Part shown: positions 19,428-20,000 of the stretch, piece after piece
Numbering within the stretch: the stretch's first letter is position 1
How the letters are laid out: every line of letters begins with the position of its first letter
Assembly: GCA_016618085.1 (NCBI GenBank)
Contig: JABLTG010000115.1
Coordinates: 45,193 to 65,192, forward strand
Reading direction: 5' to 3'
Length of the DNA: 20,000 nucleotides
From: Neovahlkampfia damariscottae
Taxonomy: Eukaryota
Position numbers and translations under genes: made by a program
The notes under the pieces: generated by a model
What the model was told of the DNA's origin: nothing
What the model saw: only the letters and a program-made list of their open reading frames with translations
The model's database searches: none

Positions 19428-19668
19428 ATTTTTTTTGAAGACCAAATTGTCCAATAAAAAATTTATTCAAAATATATTCAAGAACAGAAGCAGAAACATC
19501 TTGATTTGATTTTCTACTTGCTTTTCTCCATGAAGTTATTCTTGGAGGACATCCTTCCAAAGGTCTTGTTGTAATTTTTGAAGTTGAGCTGTCAACAAGA
19601 ATTCCCATTTTGAACTGATTTTGACCTATTTAGAAAGATCGAGTTAATCACAAACAAAAAAATGTTTA

Positions 19669-20000
19669 TTATAATTCTGGAATAGTTGCCATCAAAATAG
19701 CATCATCTTGTTGTCCAGTATGATCAATGATATTTACAACAGGTTCAGTGACTTGGTTAAAGACTTTTAACATTTTCATTGATTGACGAATAACATCAAA
19801 TGAAAATAAACCTGCACTTGGGGCAAGTCCTTGTTTTTCTGATTCAAATGAATTCTTAGGTTTCTTTTTTGAAAACATTTCAAGTATTGATTTTTGTTTT
19901 GGATAAATTTCTAATCTAACTTTATCTTCTTTTTTTAATCCAATCATTTCTTTTGCACATTCAATTGCTTCTGTAAATCCACCAATTTCATCAATTAAAC
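19669..20000 (-). CDS. sppA: C-terminal part of a signal peptide peptidase SppA / protease IV (S49 family); 5' end outside the window
   Basis: The frame is open from the window edge: (G)LIDEIGGFTEAIECAKEMIGL....VRLEIYPKQKS, matching the SppA C-terminal pattern GLVDxLGG..AI..A..LA...YP. Catalytic residues are not visible. Confidence 0.75.
   Translation of the reverse strand, partial: LIDEIGGFTEAIECAKEMIGLKKEDKVRLEIYPKQKSILEMFSKKKPKNSFESEKQGLAPSAGLFSFDVIRQSMKMLKVFNQVTEPVVNIIDHTGQQDDAILMATIPEL

Noticed and set aside
1..20000. Alternative genetic code or widespread pseudogenisation suggested by the fragmented ORFs
   Set aside because: In the recognised genes, every interruption except the AAA leader is explained by canonical GT-AG introns, and the spliced lengths are multiples of three. 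TAA and TGA both act as true stops.
1..20000. CRISPR arrays, tRNA/rRNA genes, transposon ends, prokaryotic operon structure
   Set aside because: None were seen. The poly(A)/poly(T) runs lie in introns or intergenic gaps, without target-site duplications or transposase/RT coding sequence.

Overview
This window is AT-rich, very gene-dense eukaryotic nuclear DNA in the standard genetic code. It probably comes from a protist; a Discoba/heterolobosean-like lineage is only a guess from genome style. The ORF track is fragmented because most genes carry tiny GT-AG introns. I placed 36 by hand: 28-42 nt, plus one of 58 nt. Splicing them restores in-frame proteins. In order, the genes are: a bacterial-type AAA-ATPase-like (PF09820) gene whose ATG is out of frame; a myristoyl/EF-hand-like + CNH + RhoGAP protein; a divergent ferroportin; RPN12; NOT2; an 8-TM protein; TMEM53/DUF829; a PUB-domain-MAP kinase fusion; a RimJ/RimL GNAT; a small basic ORF; APRT; a divergent SMC2-like protein; a C1orf109-like protein; and the 3' end of an SppA peptidase. 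The main observations are (1) a predicted 2-nt microexon that builds the SMC Walker A Lys-Ser, next to a 5-nt microexon in APRT; (2) the PUB-MAPK fusion with DLG and TYY motifs; (3) the AAA-like gene, which joins a mitochondrial-presequence-like leader only through a -1 shift at an A_AAU_UUA heptamer; and (4) CCAAT boxes packed against nearly every start codon. All family calls come from motif recognition by eye, not database searches.
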